Below are positions 12,369 through 24,933 of a stretch of 64,000 nucleotides of DNA, piece after piece. The stretch is from the NCBI RefSeq assembly GCF_030028105.1, contig NC_092396.1, positions 15,955,820 to 16,019,819 of the forward strand. Direction: 5' to 3'. The position numbers and the translations under genes were made by a program. This DNA is from Mobula birostris (taxonomy: Eukaryota). The stretch's first letter is position 1. The number at the start of each line of letters is the position of its first letter. The notes under the pieces were generated by a model that had not been told where the DNA came from, ran no database searches, and saw only the letters and a program-made list of their open reading frames with translations.

Positions 12369-14635
12369 TTCACCAGCTTATTTGAACACATTCAAGAAAG
12401 TCGCCCATCTAAGAGTTCTGTTATAACCTAAAACTACAGCCTGTGCAGGGAAAATTGAATGGAGGATTTCAGGGTACTTCCTATGGTCTGGACAACCAGC
12501 TACAGAAAGTGTTGTCAGCTGGAAGAACTCAAGCCCCAGCTTTCAGAGCTAGAGAAACAGCTGGCTCCCCATTGTCTCTTCACAATGGAATGTGTTTCAT
12601 AAAGAGCACATTTCTAGAAATAGTCACTCCAAGATCAAAAGTGGGTAGGCAGAGAGGAACTAAGTGTCATTTCTTTAAAAAGAGCAGACGGATAATTTAA
12701 TAAACATCTAAAGTCAAGGTAAATTGTCAAACTACATATGTATTACCTTGAGATTCATTTCTGTAGGTATTTACAGGAAAATAAATACAATAGAATTTAT
12801 GAAAAAACTATAAAGACTGACAACCAAACAATGTGCAAAAAATCAAATCATACAAGTAATAATTTAAAGATGAGTTGAAAGTGAGTCTAGAGGTTGTGAA
12901 GTCAGTTCCGTGAGGTGAGTGAAGTTATCCATGCTGGCTTAAGAACCTGATGGAACAGAGTGGTAATGACTGTTCCTAAGGTTCCTGATCTATGGGCATC
13001 TTAATTGCTAATCAGTATTTGGTTTTAAAGATTTTGGGAGAAAGGGTTCTCTTTCAGAGTGCAGCCAGAACAAAAATACCTCATGTGATTTAGCTGAGCA
13101 GAGATGGCAGATAAAGGTCAATTCAGTAATTACCAGGTTACTCCTGAAGCCACATGCCAGTAAGTCTATAATTAAGAGTTCTGTTCAAATGGGCGTTTTA
13201 TTGGAAAATGGAGCAAAGGAGGGCTTAGACATTGGAGCTGCTTCTGAGGAAGCTGGGACCTGGGCAGGTCAGACCACAGCAAGCCTGGAACTAACATATT
13301 CAATGCTCACTGCATTGGGTAGGATTGAGCTCACTTGGCAGGAGATCAGAAGTTGAACATTGATTCAGACAGGTGAAAGACAAATCTGGAAGTGGAAGAG
13401 AGAAAATTTGTGTGCTTGGAAGGGAATGTATAGAAGAGGTTCTGACAGCAGTTAACAGATGGAATTTAATGAACAGGGCAGGGAAGTTAAAGGCACTGGT
13501 AAATGTATGGAAATATAATTAATAAAATATAATGGATTTTAAAAATTCAGATGATTGTATTATAAGTACATTTTATAAGTTAAGTTCAAGAGGACCAGGA
13601 ATAACAGATTAATGGTCCTGGTTACAGTTTTTAGATGAGATGGGGAAAGTGATTAATACAATAATCACAGGTGTGAGAAAAGATAATGTGATCCAAGGAC
13701 CATCAAATATGTCTAAATGAGTTCAATTAATGTAGAGAAAAGTGGGCAAATACACTCCTGAGGGGGTATTGTAACACCTGTGTATCACCAGTCCTAACAC
13801 ATGACTAGCCACCGCAATGTTTGAGAAAATCAAATTAACTGGGTGCTAATTGGATATCAGAACAATCCAGATATTGGAAAGAGGCAGTGAATAGAAACCA
13901 CACTTCTGGAGGTAAGGCTTTGTTTATAAGGAAAAAAAACAATATGTATAAAATATTTACATGAGCAAGAACAATTCAAAATCCCAATATTCTGTTTAGG
14001 TTCCAAATCTTAGATATCAACAACAGCCAAATTCCTGTTTAATTAGAATCAGTGAGATTCCTTTATTACCCTGATCTAATTAATTAGATCGAGTGTTATT
14101 CCCTATTCCCTATTTAAAAGTTTACAGACTAAACTGTCCTTTTTACTTATCCCTAGTTAATTAGAAAACCAAATATATTTATTATAGTTAACTTCAGTTT
14201 CCGTTCCAGGCAGTATACCTACAAGTTTAAATTCAAATTCAAAAATTATATATAGACAGTTTAACTCTTTTCACAAAATTCTCAATATCACAACTCTTAA
14301 AGTAAATCTCATCCAGTAACTTATCAAAGTCTTTGCAAAAATAATCAATTCTGGCAGAAAATCAAATTTGGATTTTTTGAATGAAAATAAACGTACATCC
14401 AACCGCATAAAATTCTCTGCATTACACATTTCGTTTGCCGAGCTGGGTCTTCATCTTGTTGGTTCGTTGGAATGAAATAGTTGATCATTCTCGGCAAGTC
14501 AGTTCACAAATTTGTACAAAAACTTGACCAAATCCCTTGGTACGATTTTACAGAAATAATTCCTGACTATACGGTAAGGATTTTGGACACTGGTCTCTGC
14601 CGATGTTATCTAATTAAAGTTGCTGCATGTTATAG

Positions 14636-14844
14636 TTCAAACAACAGGAATTCTGCAGATGCTGGAAATTCACACATCAAAGTTGCTGGTGAGCGCAGCG
14701 GGCCAGACAGCATCTGTAGGAAGTGGTGCAGTTGACGTTTCAGGTTTCAGGAATGACGAAGGGTCTCGGCCTGAAACGTCGACTGCACCTCTTCCTACAG
14801 ATGCTGCCTGGCCTGCTGCGTTCACCAGCAACTTTGATGTGTGT
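14636..14844. mobile_element. Fold-back Penelope terminal element with 12-bp TSD
   Basis: About 14670-14745 is the reverse complement of about 14770-14845; TGCATGTTATAG duplicated at 14624-14635 and 14845-14856. Confidence 0.85.
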
Positions 14845-16464
14845 TGCATGTTATAGCTGTAGCTTCAATAAATTTTTTATCGCTATTGTCTCTCCTCCAG
14901 GGGTTTCACCCTGAGGTTTTCAAATTAGTAGGGTAAAGACACTCATTACTGATTCCACTCTTTAACAGTTCATCACTTCAGCTTCTAATCATTGCCGCAT
15001 TTCTTTCCTTGTCCGTCCTGTGTCCAGCCCGCCCTGCCCTCGCAAAACCTTTGTTTTTTTTTCAAATTCTCTTAAATCGATAAACTTCGTTTTCATTCCT
15101 CTGCAGGTGGAACTTTCTAACATTACATCTTTGGGTATAATTAACCTGGGTTACACCATCATAACCCCGCGCTGACTGAGCAGAAATTTCGAGGGCATGT
15201 TTCTGATTACAGAAGTCACATTGTTAGGTTTCAATTGCCCTAAAACTAACAGGAATGCCATCAGTGTGGAAGTATTATCATTATGTGCCGTGTCGTATGA
15301 TGTAGGTGATCATGACCATGATTGTTTTGGGGACTTTTTTTTGCTGAAGTGGTTTGTCATTGGCTTCTGTTACAAGACAGGTGACCCCAGCCATTATCAA
15401 GACTCTTCAGAGATTGTCCACCTGGAGTCAGTGGTTGCGTAACCAGGACTTGGTGGTAAGGTATAGAATGTGCAAAATTCTTAAACTGCATTCAGGACAA
15501 TTTTTTTCTCTCTAAAAAGCTAAGGGCAAAAAAAGAAGGTGAGCATTTCTGGATTTAGTGATATAAGATAAAACTGGGCAGATGGAAGGAAATCCGTGGG
15601 ACAGAATTTTTCAGTGAGTATTAGCATAGCCATGGAAAAGGACAAAGGTAAAATACGAATGAAGGTTCTAAGCAGGAAGGCGGATCAATTTTACCAAAAT
15701 AATAAGTAGCTTAAAATATCAACCTGAAGGCCAATGTCAGAACACTGGAAAGTATTTAAAATGGAGATTTCAATAGTACCTAGGAAGGAAAAAAGTGATG
15801 TGGGACTGTCAAATTTAAAGACCCTGTATGACAAAGTGCACAGATAGCAAGACCAAAAAAAAATGAAGTTTACGTGAGAAACTGAAACTTTAATACAACA
15901 AATTGTCCAAAAGAGTACAGAAAGGATGGGAGTTATTTTAAGTGGGATATTAACAATGCAATGATGTAAAAAAAAGTACTAGAGGGTAAAATCCCCCATG
16001 CTTAAGACCTTCACTTTCTTTACTAATCATTCGTGCTGTTAGTTTTCTGGGCTTTAAACTTCAGCAGTTCTTCTCAAACCTCATGGGCTCTCAGCGTTCC
16101 CTCTTCATTTTTTTTAGACCTTCCTCTATATCTTTCAGCTGAGCCATTGAAACCCTTGTCCAGTCTGCCACTTCCAGTTCACAAACAAGACCATAAAACA
16201 TTCTTAAAAGAACAGCACAGTTTTTCTCTCAATGTCTTGGCCAACATTTAACCTTCAATTATCATCTACAACAAATAACGTGCTCATTTATTTCCTGCTG
16301 GCTTTCAACTTGACTACATTTAAATTTTCATATTACATTTTCTAAATGACAGCTGTAGCTACACATCAATATGATCTGTAAAAGACTTTGGAACATATTG
16401 CTTTCAGGAAAGGAATTATATAAAATATTTCTAATTGCCCATGTTAATCCTTTATTTTAGTTCA

Positions 16465-16915
16465 GTACAAGGAATGAGTTATAGGGAAAGTTTGAATAAA
16501 TTAGGACTTCATTCTCTGGAGTGTAGGAGAATGAGGAGAGATTTGATCAAGGTATACAAAATTATCTATATCGAGGGGTATAGATAGGGTTAATGCAAGC
16601 AAGTTTTTTTCCACTGAGGTTGGGTGAGACTAGAACTACAGGTCATTAGCTAAGGGTGAAAATGGAAATATTTAAGAAGAACCTGGGGGGGATCTTCTTC
16701 ACTCAGAGGGTGGTGAAAGTGTACATCAGCTGCCAGTGAAAACGGTAGTTGCAGGTTCAGCTGCAATGTTTAACAGAAATTTGGATATGTCCATGGATGG
16801 GAGGGGTATGGAGGGATATGGTCTAGGCGCAGGTCGATGGACTATGCAAAATTACAGATTGGCACAGACTAGATGGGCTGAATGGCCTGCTTCTGTGCTG
16901 TAGTGCTCAAAGATT
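16465..16915 (+). mobile_element. CR1 LINE 3' end
   Basis: SYRE-LNKLGL-SLE-RRMR-DLI-VYKI-like region and CR1 3' tail. Confidence 0.8.
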
Positions 16916-17842
16916 CCATCACTTTATAAAAGTGCTGCATAAACTCAAGTTATGGGTGTTGGTATAAGGCCTGATGTTTTCACACCTGACCCCTTTGCAT
17001 AATTCTCTTGCGCAAAGCCAACATTTGCAAAAGTTCCATTAGCTTTCTGAAGTGCAAATAATTTGTTTATCTTCCCACTGCTCTTACGTAATAAGTGAAC
17101 CAGTGGAATTAGATGGAGACTGCTACCATACCAGGAAGGTTGGTGAAGGGGTGTTGGTATACTGGTCCAGGTTCTGATCCTGTGAGCTTCACACATGCAA
17201 TGAATTTCATTGCACAGTGGTGTATAGGACAATACACTAATCTGAATCTGAAACTGCAATATATAATGAGGTCCTGATTAAGAGTCTGGGGGAGCATGGA
17301 GGGCATTTGGAATTGATCTTGCATAAGGTATAACTCAAATCCAATCTGGTTGAAACCAGGAGGGACCCATTATTAAACATCTTTAAGTTCAAGCAGCCTC
17401 TGGTAAGGAAATAGCCTCACACATGCTGAGGAAGAGGGCTGCAAATTTTCGGCCTGTGATTAAATTGGAATTAATGGCTCACTAGCAGTGTCCTGCAGCA
17501 ACTATTCTCATTGTAAAAGGGGCCAGGCATGGGTGGGGGGAGAAAAACTGTCTCCAAACAACACTGCAATTTATTTGGGATTAATAAGATTAGAATTTAG
17601 CCTCTTCAACTGTCACCATATTGGGTTAATTATTGTATGTTTTCAAACCTTCGTTCAATTGTAAATCCTTGAAGAAAGACAGCGCTTTACCTTCATTGTA
17701 AAGATTCTTCAAGGCTTCTCTTTAATTTTCTACAGCAGATGTTTGATGCAGATTAAATCCACGACAATGACAGAGTTTGCGTAGAGGAATGTATGACTCG
17801 GCTTTTGTCAACCTTCAGAGAAAGGGGGCTGACACAGACTTG

Positions 17843-18372
17843 TTTGTCCCGGTCGTTGCCCATAAACTCACCGCTGCCTCGTCACAGCCCCCTTTCAGCT
17901 CTTTGCCTGCACTCAGTGTGATGTTAATGCGGCTCATTGAGGCTTTCTCGCCCATTCATAACCTTACCGACCCTTTATGCCTCTAATCAAACTCGAGTGA
18001 CTTAAACAAGCTCCGGGAGAGTCCATCGAAATCGTGTATGGTCTCGACTTTCTTTCAAAGGCCTGTCGCGTGCCAAACCTCCTTTCACCCTGCTCCCAAA
18101 AGCTGCCTCCTCTTTACCCACTCGGGATTTTTCTCGCGGTATCGAATCGATTGGTCGCGAGATGCTTCCACGTTTGTTGTGCGCCCCGGGCTGGTGACTT
18201 GTTCTCTCTCTGTGGCCACGGAATTGGGGCCGTGGGAGCTCAATGGGATGGAGGCGTTTCTGCGATTTTCCTCGCTGCGAGGTGCCGTCCTGCCTGAAGG
18301 CTGCTGTCAGGGACTGGGTCACATTTAATATGGTAAACGGGGGCCCCGCCGATTCGCTCCAGCTCAGCAAAT
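17843..18372 (+). repeat. Conserved non-coding block A, copy 1 (candidate enhancer)
   Basis: About 95% identical by eye to copies at 24.3, 37.7 and (inverted) 54.5-55.3 kb. CpG-rich; HES class-C site CGCGTG 18067-18072, TCF site TTCAAAG 18054-18060, CCCATAAA, CCAAT. Confidence 0.95.
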
Positions 18373-18789
18373 CGCTTCTAAAAGAAAAGCGGAAAGAAAC
18401 ATTTCAGGAGATGTCGTTGTACCGTGTGTCTATGTATCTGGGTGTGTGTGAACGCATGTGATGAATCTTTCTAACTATCTCTGACATGATGTTCTCGTTT
18501 ATATTTTTTAGGATTACAGGACAGAAGGCCGCTTGGCCGATCGATCCTTTGATAGAAATTTGGTGGATCCTGTTCGATATGTTCCATTACCTGGCTCTTA
18601 CCGCACATTCCGGATCTTCTGCCCACGTTTAACTACTTACCTAATTCCCTTATGAATGCTACCAGCGAATCGTAAACCAACTAAGCTGCAGGCCACTCCG
18701 AACTCCGAGACTGCTCCACCATTTTAAAATGTAAAGTGAATTTATTATCAAAGTACGTATATCACCAAATAGAATGATGGAAAGCCCAG

Positions 18790-20870
18790 AATCAGGAACG
18801 GGTTTAATATCACTGACATATGTCGTGAAATGCATTGTTTTGCAGAAGCAGAACAATGCGATACAATAATAGAAACTATAAATTACAATAAATATGTAAT
18901 TAAAAGAACATGCATAATTAATGAATTTATATTAACGGCGTCTTCCCCGCTGCCATCAGATTTCTGAATGGGCAATGAACCCATGGACACTGTCATCGTC
19001 CATTCAGAAATGTGATGGCGGAGAGGAAGAGGCGGTACCTGAAACGTTGAGTGTGTGTCTTTAGGCTCCTGTTCCTGCTCCTTGATGGTAGCAATGAGAA
19101 GAGGGCATGATGGGGGTCCTTAATAATGGACGGCTTTTTTTTGAGGCATCGTCATTTGGAGGTGACCTGGATGCGGGAGAGCTGGAACCCATCATGGAGC
19201 TGGCTGAGTTTACAACTTTCTGCAGCCTTTTTCCGAGCCCGTCCAGTTGCCGTTCCATGCCAGACGATGGTGCAACCGGTTACAAAGCTCTCCATGGTGA
19301 TCTGTAAAGATTCGCGAGTGTCTTTGATAACATACCAATTCTCTTCAAACTCCTAATGAAATATAACCGCTGTGGTGACTTCTTTGTAACTGCATCAATA
19401 TGCTGGGCCCAGGTAGAGCCTTAGAAATGTTAGCACGCAAGAGCTTAAAACTGTCCGTCCTGATCCCTCGATGAGGACTGATTTCCCTTCCTGAACGTCC
19501 ACAATCAATTCCTTGGTTTTACTGACGTTAAGAGCCAGGCTATTGCTGTGACACCACTTACCTCGCCTCCTCGTCACCATCTGAAATTCCGCCAACAATA
19601 TTTGTGTCGTCGGCAAATTTATACATCGCGTTTGATCTATGGGCGTAGAGGGAGTGGAGCAGCATCTTTAAGGTGCGCCAGTGTTGGTTGGCAGAGAGGA
19701 GGCGATGGTATTTCCGATCCTCATAGATCTTTCCCAGTGAGGAAGTCAAGGATCCAGTTGCAGAGGGAGGTACAGAGGCCCTGATTTTGGAGCTTGTTGA
19801 TTGGAAATAAGGGTATGATTGTGTTGAACTCTGAGTTGTAGTCAATAAACAGTAGCCTGATGTAGATATTACTATTGTCCAGGTGTTCCAAGTCCGAGTG
19901 GAGAGCAACTGAGATTGCACCCGCTGTACACCTATTGCGGCGATTGGCAAATTGTAGTTGGTCCAGGTGCTGTCTTAGGCAGGAGTTTATTCCAGCAATG
20001 ACCAACCTTTCTAAGTACTTCATCATAGTAGATGTGAATGCCACTGGGCGATAGCTGTTGAGGCAGCTCTCCCTACTCTTCTTGGGCACTGGATAAGATT
20101 GTCGCCCTTTTGAAGCAGGTGGGAGCCTCTGAATTTGAAGATTTGAAGACGTCCTAGAACACACGCCCCAGTTGGTTGGCACAGGTTTTCAGAGCCTGGA
20201 CACCTGTTGCCTGGCGAGGAGTCGCCTTCCTGAAAGATGTTCTGACGTCGGCATCCGAGACAGAGATCACAGGATCACCAAGATGTTGCGGAGATTCTCT
20301 CTTTCAAAGCGAGTGTAAAGAGCGTCGAGCTCAACTGGGAGGGAAGCATCACAGCCAGTCATGATGTTGGGTTTCGCTTTGTAGGAAGTAATGGCCTGCA
20401 GACGATTCCGTCTCTAATCTCAATCGGAATCGGGTTTTTTTTTCGCTTTAAAATAGCCTTCCGTCGGTCGTACCTGGACTGCTTGTATAGTTATGGATTA
20501 CCTCTTGTGTAGTTCTGCCCGATGGTCGTAGTGAAAAGAGAGCGTGGCCTGGATGATGGGGTCCTTGATGATAGATGCTGCTTTCTTGTGCAACGCTCGA
20601 TATAAATGTGCGTAATGATGGGGATGGCTTTGCCTGTGACGGACTGGGTTGTATCCACTACGTTCTGCAGACCCACTGGTTCCTGGACATTGTTGTTTCC
20701 ACACCAAGCCGTGATGCAAACTGTTACGATACTATTCCAATCTGCATCTATAGAAATTTGTCAATGTTTTAGATGACGTGCCAAGTCTAACCAAACTTCA
20801 ATGAAAGTAGAGGCTCCGCCGTGCCTTCTTTGTGATGACGCTTACGTGCTGGTCCCAGGACAGATCCTCT
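18790..20870 (-). mobile_element. Rex1/Babar LINE fragments (at least two pieces)
   Basis: ORFs 19558-20182 with CLNSYRPVAFTS, DQLQFA, RLLFIDYNSEFNTIIP, CNWILDFL, KFADDT. Confidence 0.85.
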
Positions 20871-21604
20871 GATACCAATTTCTTTAACCAATTTCCCTCG
20901 GGACCAATAAAGTATGACTATGACTATGATATGGTAACGCCCAATGTTATATTAATATTAAAGATCATGGTGATCTTTGCTTCAAACGCTATTTTCCAGC
21001 TACGTATCCATGTCTCTTTAACAACCAGAGGGCTTGGATAATAGATATCAGAATCGGCCCAATTTCACTCACTGAGTGCAGAACTAGCCCCTCATTTCTG
21101 TCTTTAATGATCTACGTCTTATTTTGAGGCTTTAATCTAATATGACTCCCTTGCCCACATTCTGGGGTCAGAGTCAAAATACCAAGTGCCGTTTGGGACT
21201 GAACGTCTTCAATCAAGGGACGATGAATCCTTGGCCTTCTCTATCCCGGAAGGTTGCGGAGGTTCTGTCATTGGTTCCGTTCCAAACGGAGATCGATATT
21301 TTTCGGGATATTGGAGGAACTCGAGCAGTAACATTGTGACTGTATAAGTACAAATATATATTGTATTAACAATGGTTGGAGCATTTCCCTCAAGATGTAT
21401 GGATTCGTAACTGCTCCATCGTTTGGATCCATTATCATACAAAAATATTTCTTTCCACCCCCCCCCCCTCCCGCACTCCATCTGCCTCTCATATTTGCCT
21501 CTGTCATTCACCTGTCACTGTCTCCCACTGTCACCCCTCCACTATCTGGCTCAACCTACCCGTCACCTTTCACCCCTCTGCCAATTACTGTACTCCCATA
21601 AGGC

Positions 21605-21912
21605 GGTAAGACATAGGAGCAGAATTAAGCCACTCGGCCCATCTAGTCTACTCTGCCATTCCATCATGGCTGATTTATATCCCTCTCATACCCAGTCTCT
21701 TGCCTTCTCCCCAAAACCTTGACTAACCTAGGATCTATCAATCTCTGTTTTAAATATATCCAATGACTTGGCCTACTTAGCCGTTTGTGACAATGAATTC
21801 CAGATTCATCTCACTTTAGCTAAACAGATTCCTCCTTATCCCTGTTCTAAATGGATGTCCCTTTATTCTGAGTGTGCCCTCTGGTCCGAGACTCCCCCCC
21901 CCCCCCGCCCCA

Positions 21913-21945
<33 letters not shown>

Positions 21946-22115
21946 AAACATCCTCTCTGCATCCACTCTATCTTGGCTTTTCAATATTTGATAAGTTTCT
22001 ATGAGATACTCTCCTCATTCCTCTAAGCTCCGGCGAATACAGGGCCAGAGCCATCAAATGCTCCTCGTACGTTTATGCTTTCATTCTCGTGAAATTCCTC
22101 TGAACCCTCTTCTGT
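21605..22115 (-). mobile_element. CR1 LINE 3' end with (CA)n
   Basis: Reverse-complemented CR1 3'UTR and ORF2 end. Confidence 0.75.
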
Positions 22116-22834
22116 GCACCTCCACCTCTTGTCACACCACTCCCCATCTCCTCTCTCTATTCTGACTACCTCCCCTCCCCACTCCCTGTCCTGTGCAGGG
22201 CTTCAGCTCGAAACATCGGCAATTCCCTTCCCCGCCAGATGCTACTCGACCCACGGGGTTCATCCGACACATTTTGTTTGTTACTCCAGATTCCAGCATC
22301 TGCAGTCTTTGATGTCTTCTTATGACATTGGAAATTGCCATGAAGAAAACTGTACGGAAATCTGCCATTGTGATACCCGCGATTTGTGGGTCCAGTCATG
22401 TTGCCAAGCAACCTATTCAAAGTCCTACAGAGATTGCAATCGTCTAGAAAGGTGTTTTTTTTACGCGGTAAACAAAACATCCTTTGTTGTTTTTGTTGCA
22501 TTTCCTACAAAACTTCACTCAACGATTGTAAGTGATCTGAGAATTTAAGTTTCTGTTGGCTTGTACAAAATCACCATTCTCAAACTGAAAAGTCTCCGCA
22601 TGAAATGACAGCAGCAGGGTGCACAGAAACATTTTCTGGGGGTCTCATGCACAATGCAAAACTCTCCCCTCGTAGTAATTTGCCACGTATCAAGCTCAGG
22701 GGACGTAGAGAGGCAGGGTAGTAAAAACTGAGTTCAATCGAGCCCAAAGTACGAAGCAAACTGCGGCAGTTAGCAGACTATTGCATTCGTTTAATAATTC
22801 TTGTTTGTTCAAGGTGTGATGGGGGGAGATGTTG

Positions 22835-23089
22835 ACAGTGGAAAGTGGGAAGGTCGGAGAGCGCGGGAGGCCGCTGTGAGATTTCAGAGCAGAAAATTGT
22901 GATTGTGTCAGAACATGGAGACCATTAGCACGGTGCTGGCTTTGAAGGCAGAGCATGAAATGGATTTGGAGTTACTACAGAGCGAGAAATGAGCTTTGAA
23001 TAGCACGCCCACTATGACATTGGCCGCAAGTATCTTACCGCCTTATCACCCACACACACTGAGCAGCAGGAATTTTTCGGTTCAGTTTT
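22835..23089 (+). repeat. Conserved non-coding block B, copy 1
   Basis: ctgtgagatttcagagcagaaaattgtgattgtgtcagaacatggagacc...ctttgaatagcac...aatttttcgg, homologous to 29.95, 42.2 and inverted 50.6-50.9 kb. Confidence 0.9.
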
Positions 23090-24280
23090 GTTGTTGTTTA
23101 TGATGGAAATGAATCTACAAGTAAGACATTGTTGTATATGGCATTTACATGAAATGAGCATGGACATGGGAATATAACGGGGCGCTTTATTCATTCTGCT
23201 ATTCAATAAGACCGTGGCTCATCTCTATCACAAGCCCAATTTACCACACTTGATTATATATTCTTAAGTCTTACAAACAGGTATTAAATTCAGTACACAT
23301 ATTTCTTTTACTGGACCCGATATCCTCTTATTTTCCCCGCTCTTCTCTCCCTCTACCTTTCATAGCAATTCTTACACAGAAGAGAAACTTATTGTGAGTA
23401 AAAATGCGCTTCCTGGCAATATCCCACGTGGTCTTCCAAGCAGGGAGGCAAGTTCTTCTCTCGGATCTAAAAAGATTACAAAGAATCACCTCAATATCCC
23501 GTTCATTATGTGTCAAATTAATAAACAACAATGACTCTTAATAAAAGAAAAGCAAGTATCCGATAGACACCGTGTGTCTTTGATGTGTTATTGGATATAA
23601 TTAACAATAATGAAAATGTGCAATGTACATATTTTCTGCAGAACTCGTTCGACATAGGATAAGAGGTGAGAAGTAAATGATAGCGGAAAATTCAAAATAA
23701 AAGGTATATGCTACAATATAAGAAATATGTCGGGCAATTTGCAGGTAAATTTACATTTTAACCAAATTAACAATTTTTTGAGGCATTGCCTGAGGAACTG
23801 GCGAAGGCACACGCTACCGAATAACCCTATTACCCTTCCTGGAAATAGAGCCTTTGGTTAGAACGTTCTAGCCAAAAAGCTGTAAATTTCAGTCAGGATT
23901 TCTGTTCTCAAGGAATGCATGGTCGGGATCCGAAATTGACGTGTCCCTCCAGCCACTTTAAATATACTCTGCCTGGATGAACGATTAATAATACTAACAT
24001 CCTCCTGCAGACAAGAGCTACGAAGGGGAATGAGTCTGGACTTCATGTAGTGTGCGGATGGCCTCTTTGCAGAGCAGGAACTGAAAAGACCTTGTGATTC
24101 TAAAAGCCTCTAATGAGAGTCGGGTACCCAACGCATTCCCCGTCTGCTAAATGTAACAACTGTCGAATTCCGTCTAATTTTTATCATGCGCTTTTTTTTT
24201 CTTTTCAATGCAACTTTTGTTTTTCAGCGATCAAGAGATTTTTCATTTTTCCCCATCTTATTCCAAACTTTGCTCGCTGA

Positions 24281-24933
24281 CTTTTATCCCCGCCAGATGT
24301 TTGCACATCAGCCCACGACAATCGCAGGCAGCTCATGTGTAACAATGAAGGCCGGCCGCTTTTTTTTAACCAGCTCCACAAAGACAATGAAGTATTTGTC
24401 CCGGTCGCTGCCCATAAACTCGCCGCTGCCTCTTCACAGCCCCCTTTCAGCTCTCTGCCTGCACTCAGTGTGACGTTAATGCAGCTCATTGGGGCTTTCT
24501 CGCCCATTCATAACCCTACTGACCCTTTATGTCTCCAATCAAACTCGAGTGACTTAAACAGGCTCCGGGAGAGTCCATCGAAATCGTGTTTGGTCTCGAT
24601 TTTCTTTCAAAGGCTTGTCGCGTGCCAACTTCCTTTCAACCTGCTCCCAAAAGCTGCCTCCTCTTTACCCACTCGGGATTTCTCTCGCGGTATCGAATTG
24701 ATTGGTCGCGAGATGCTCCCACGTTTGTTGTGCGCCCCGGGATGGTGACTTGTTCTCTCCCTGTGGCCACGGAATTGGGGCCGTGGGAGCTCAATGGGAC
24801 GGAGGCGTTTCTGCGATTTTCCTCGCTGCGAGGTGCCGTCCTGGCTGAAGGCTGTTGTCAGGGACTGGGTCACATTTAATATGGTAAACGGGGGCCCCGC
24901 CGATTCGCTCCAGCTCAGCAAATTGTTCCTTTT
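24281..24933 (+). repeat. Conserved non-coding block A, copy 2
   Basis: Core 24395-24923 plus a 5' extension shared with copy 4; Sox-type ACAATG sites; retains the 11-bp segment 24598-24608. Confidence 0.95.

Larger units (their letters stand above)
7595..12370 (-). mobile_element. Near full-length, inactivated CR1 LINE (5'UTR, ORF1 esterase, ORF2 APE+RT, 3'UTR)
   Basis: ORF1 SGNH/esterase VHVGTNDI (10743-11087); APE motifs YFNARSIRNK, VAVTETWL, MGDFNFP, SDHNSL; RT YMDFSKAFDKVPH, KFVDDTK; C-terminal RGHMYKV...FFMQRVV. Multiple frameshifts. Confidence 0.95.

Noticed and set aside
13771-15153. Possible LTR or TIR element bounded by TGTAAC...GTTACA
   Set aside because: No matching TSD or coding evidence; too weak to call.
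18002-18370. 122-166 aa ORFs recurring in every A copy (e.g. SESAGPPFTILNVTQSL...)
   Set aside because: Mostly non-ATG starts, different ends, an 11-bp frameshifting indel between copies, no recognisable domain, and open frames on both strands as expected for GC-rich DNA.
17843-18372. Blocks A, B and C as ordinary transposon copies
   Set aside because: No TIRs, TSDs, tails or Pol III boxes, and the fixed A-(C)-B order and orientation fits segmental duplication. A genome-wide search is still needed to exclude this.
24281-24933. Block A as telomerase RNA (contains TAACCCTA, size about 550 nt)
   Set aside because: No vertebrate CR2/CR3 pseudoknot, CR4/5 or H/ACA motifs seen, and copy 1 has TAACCTTA.
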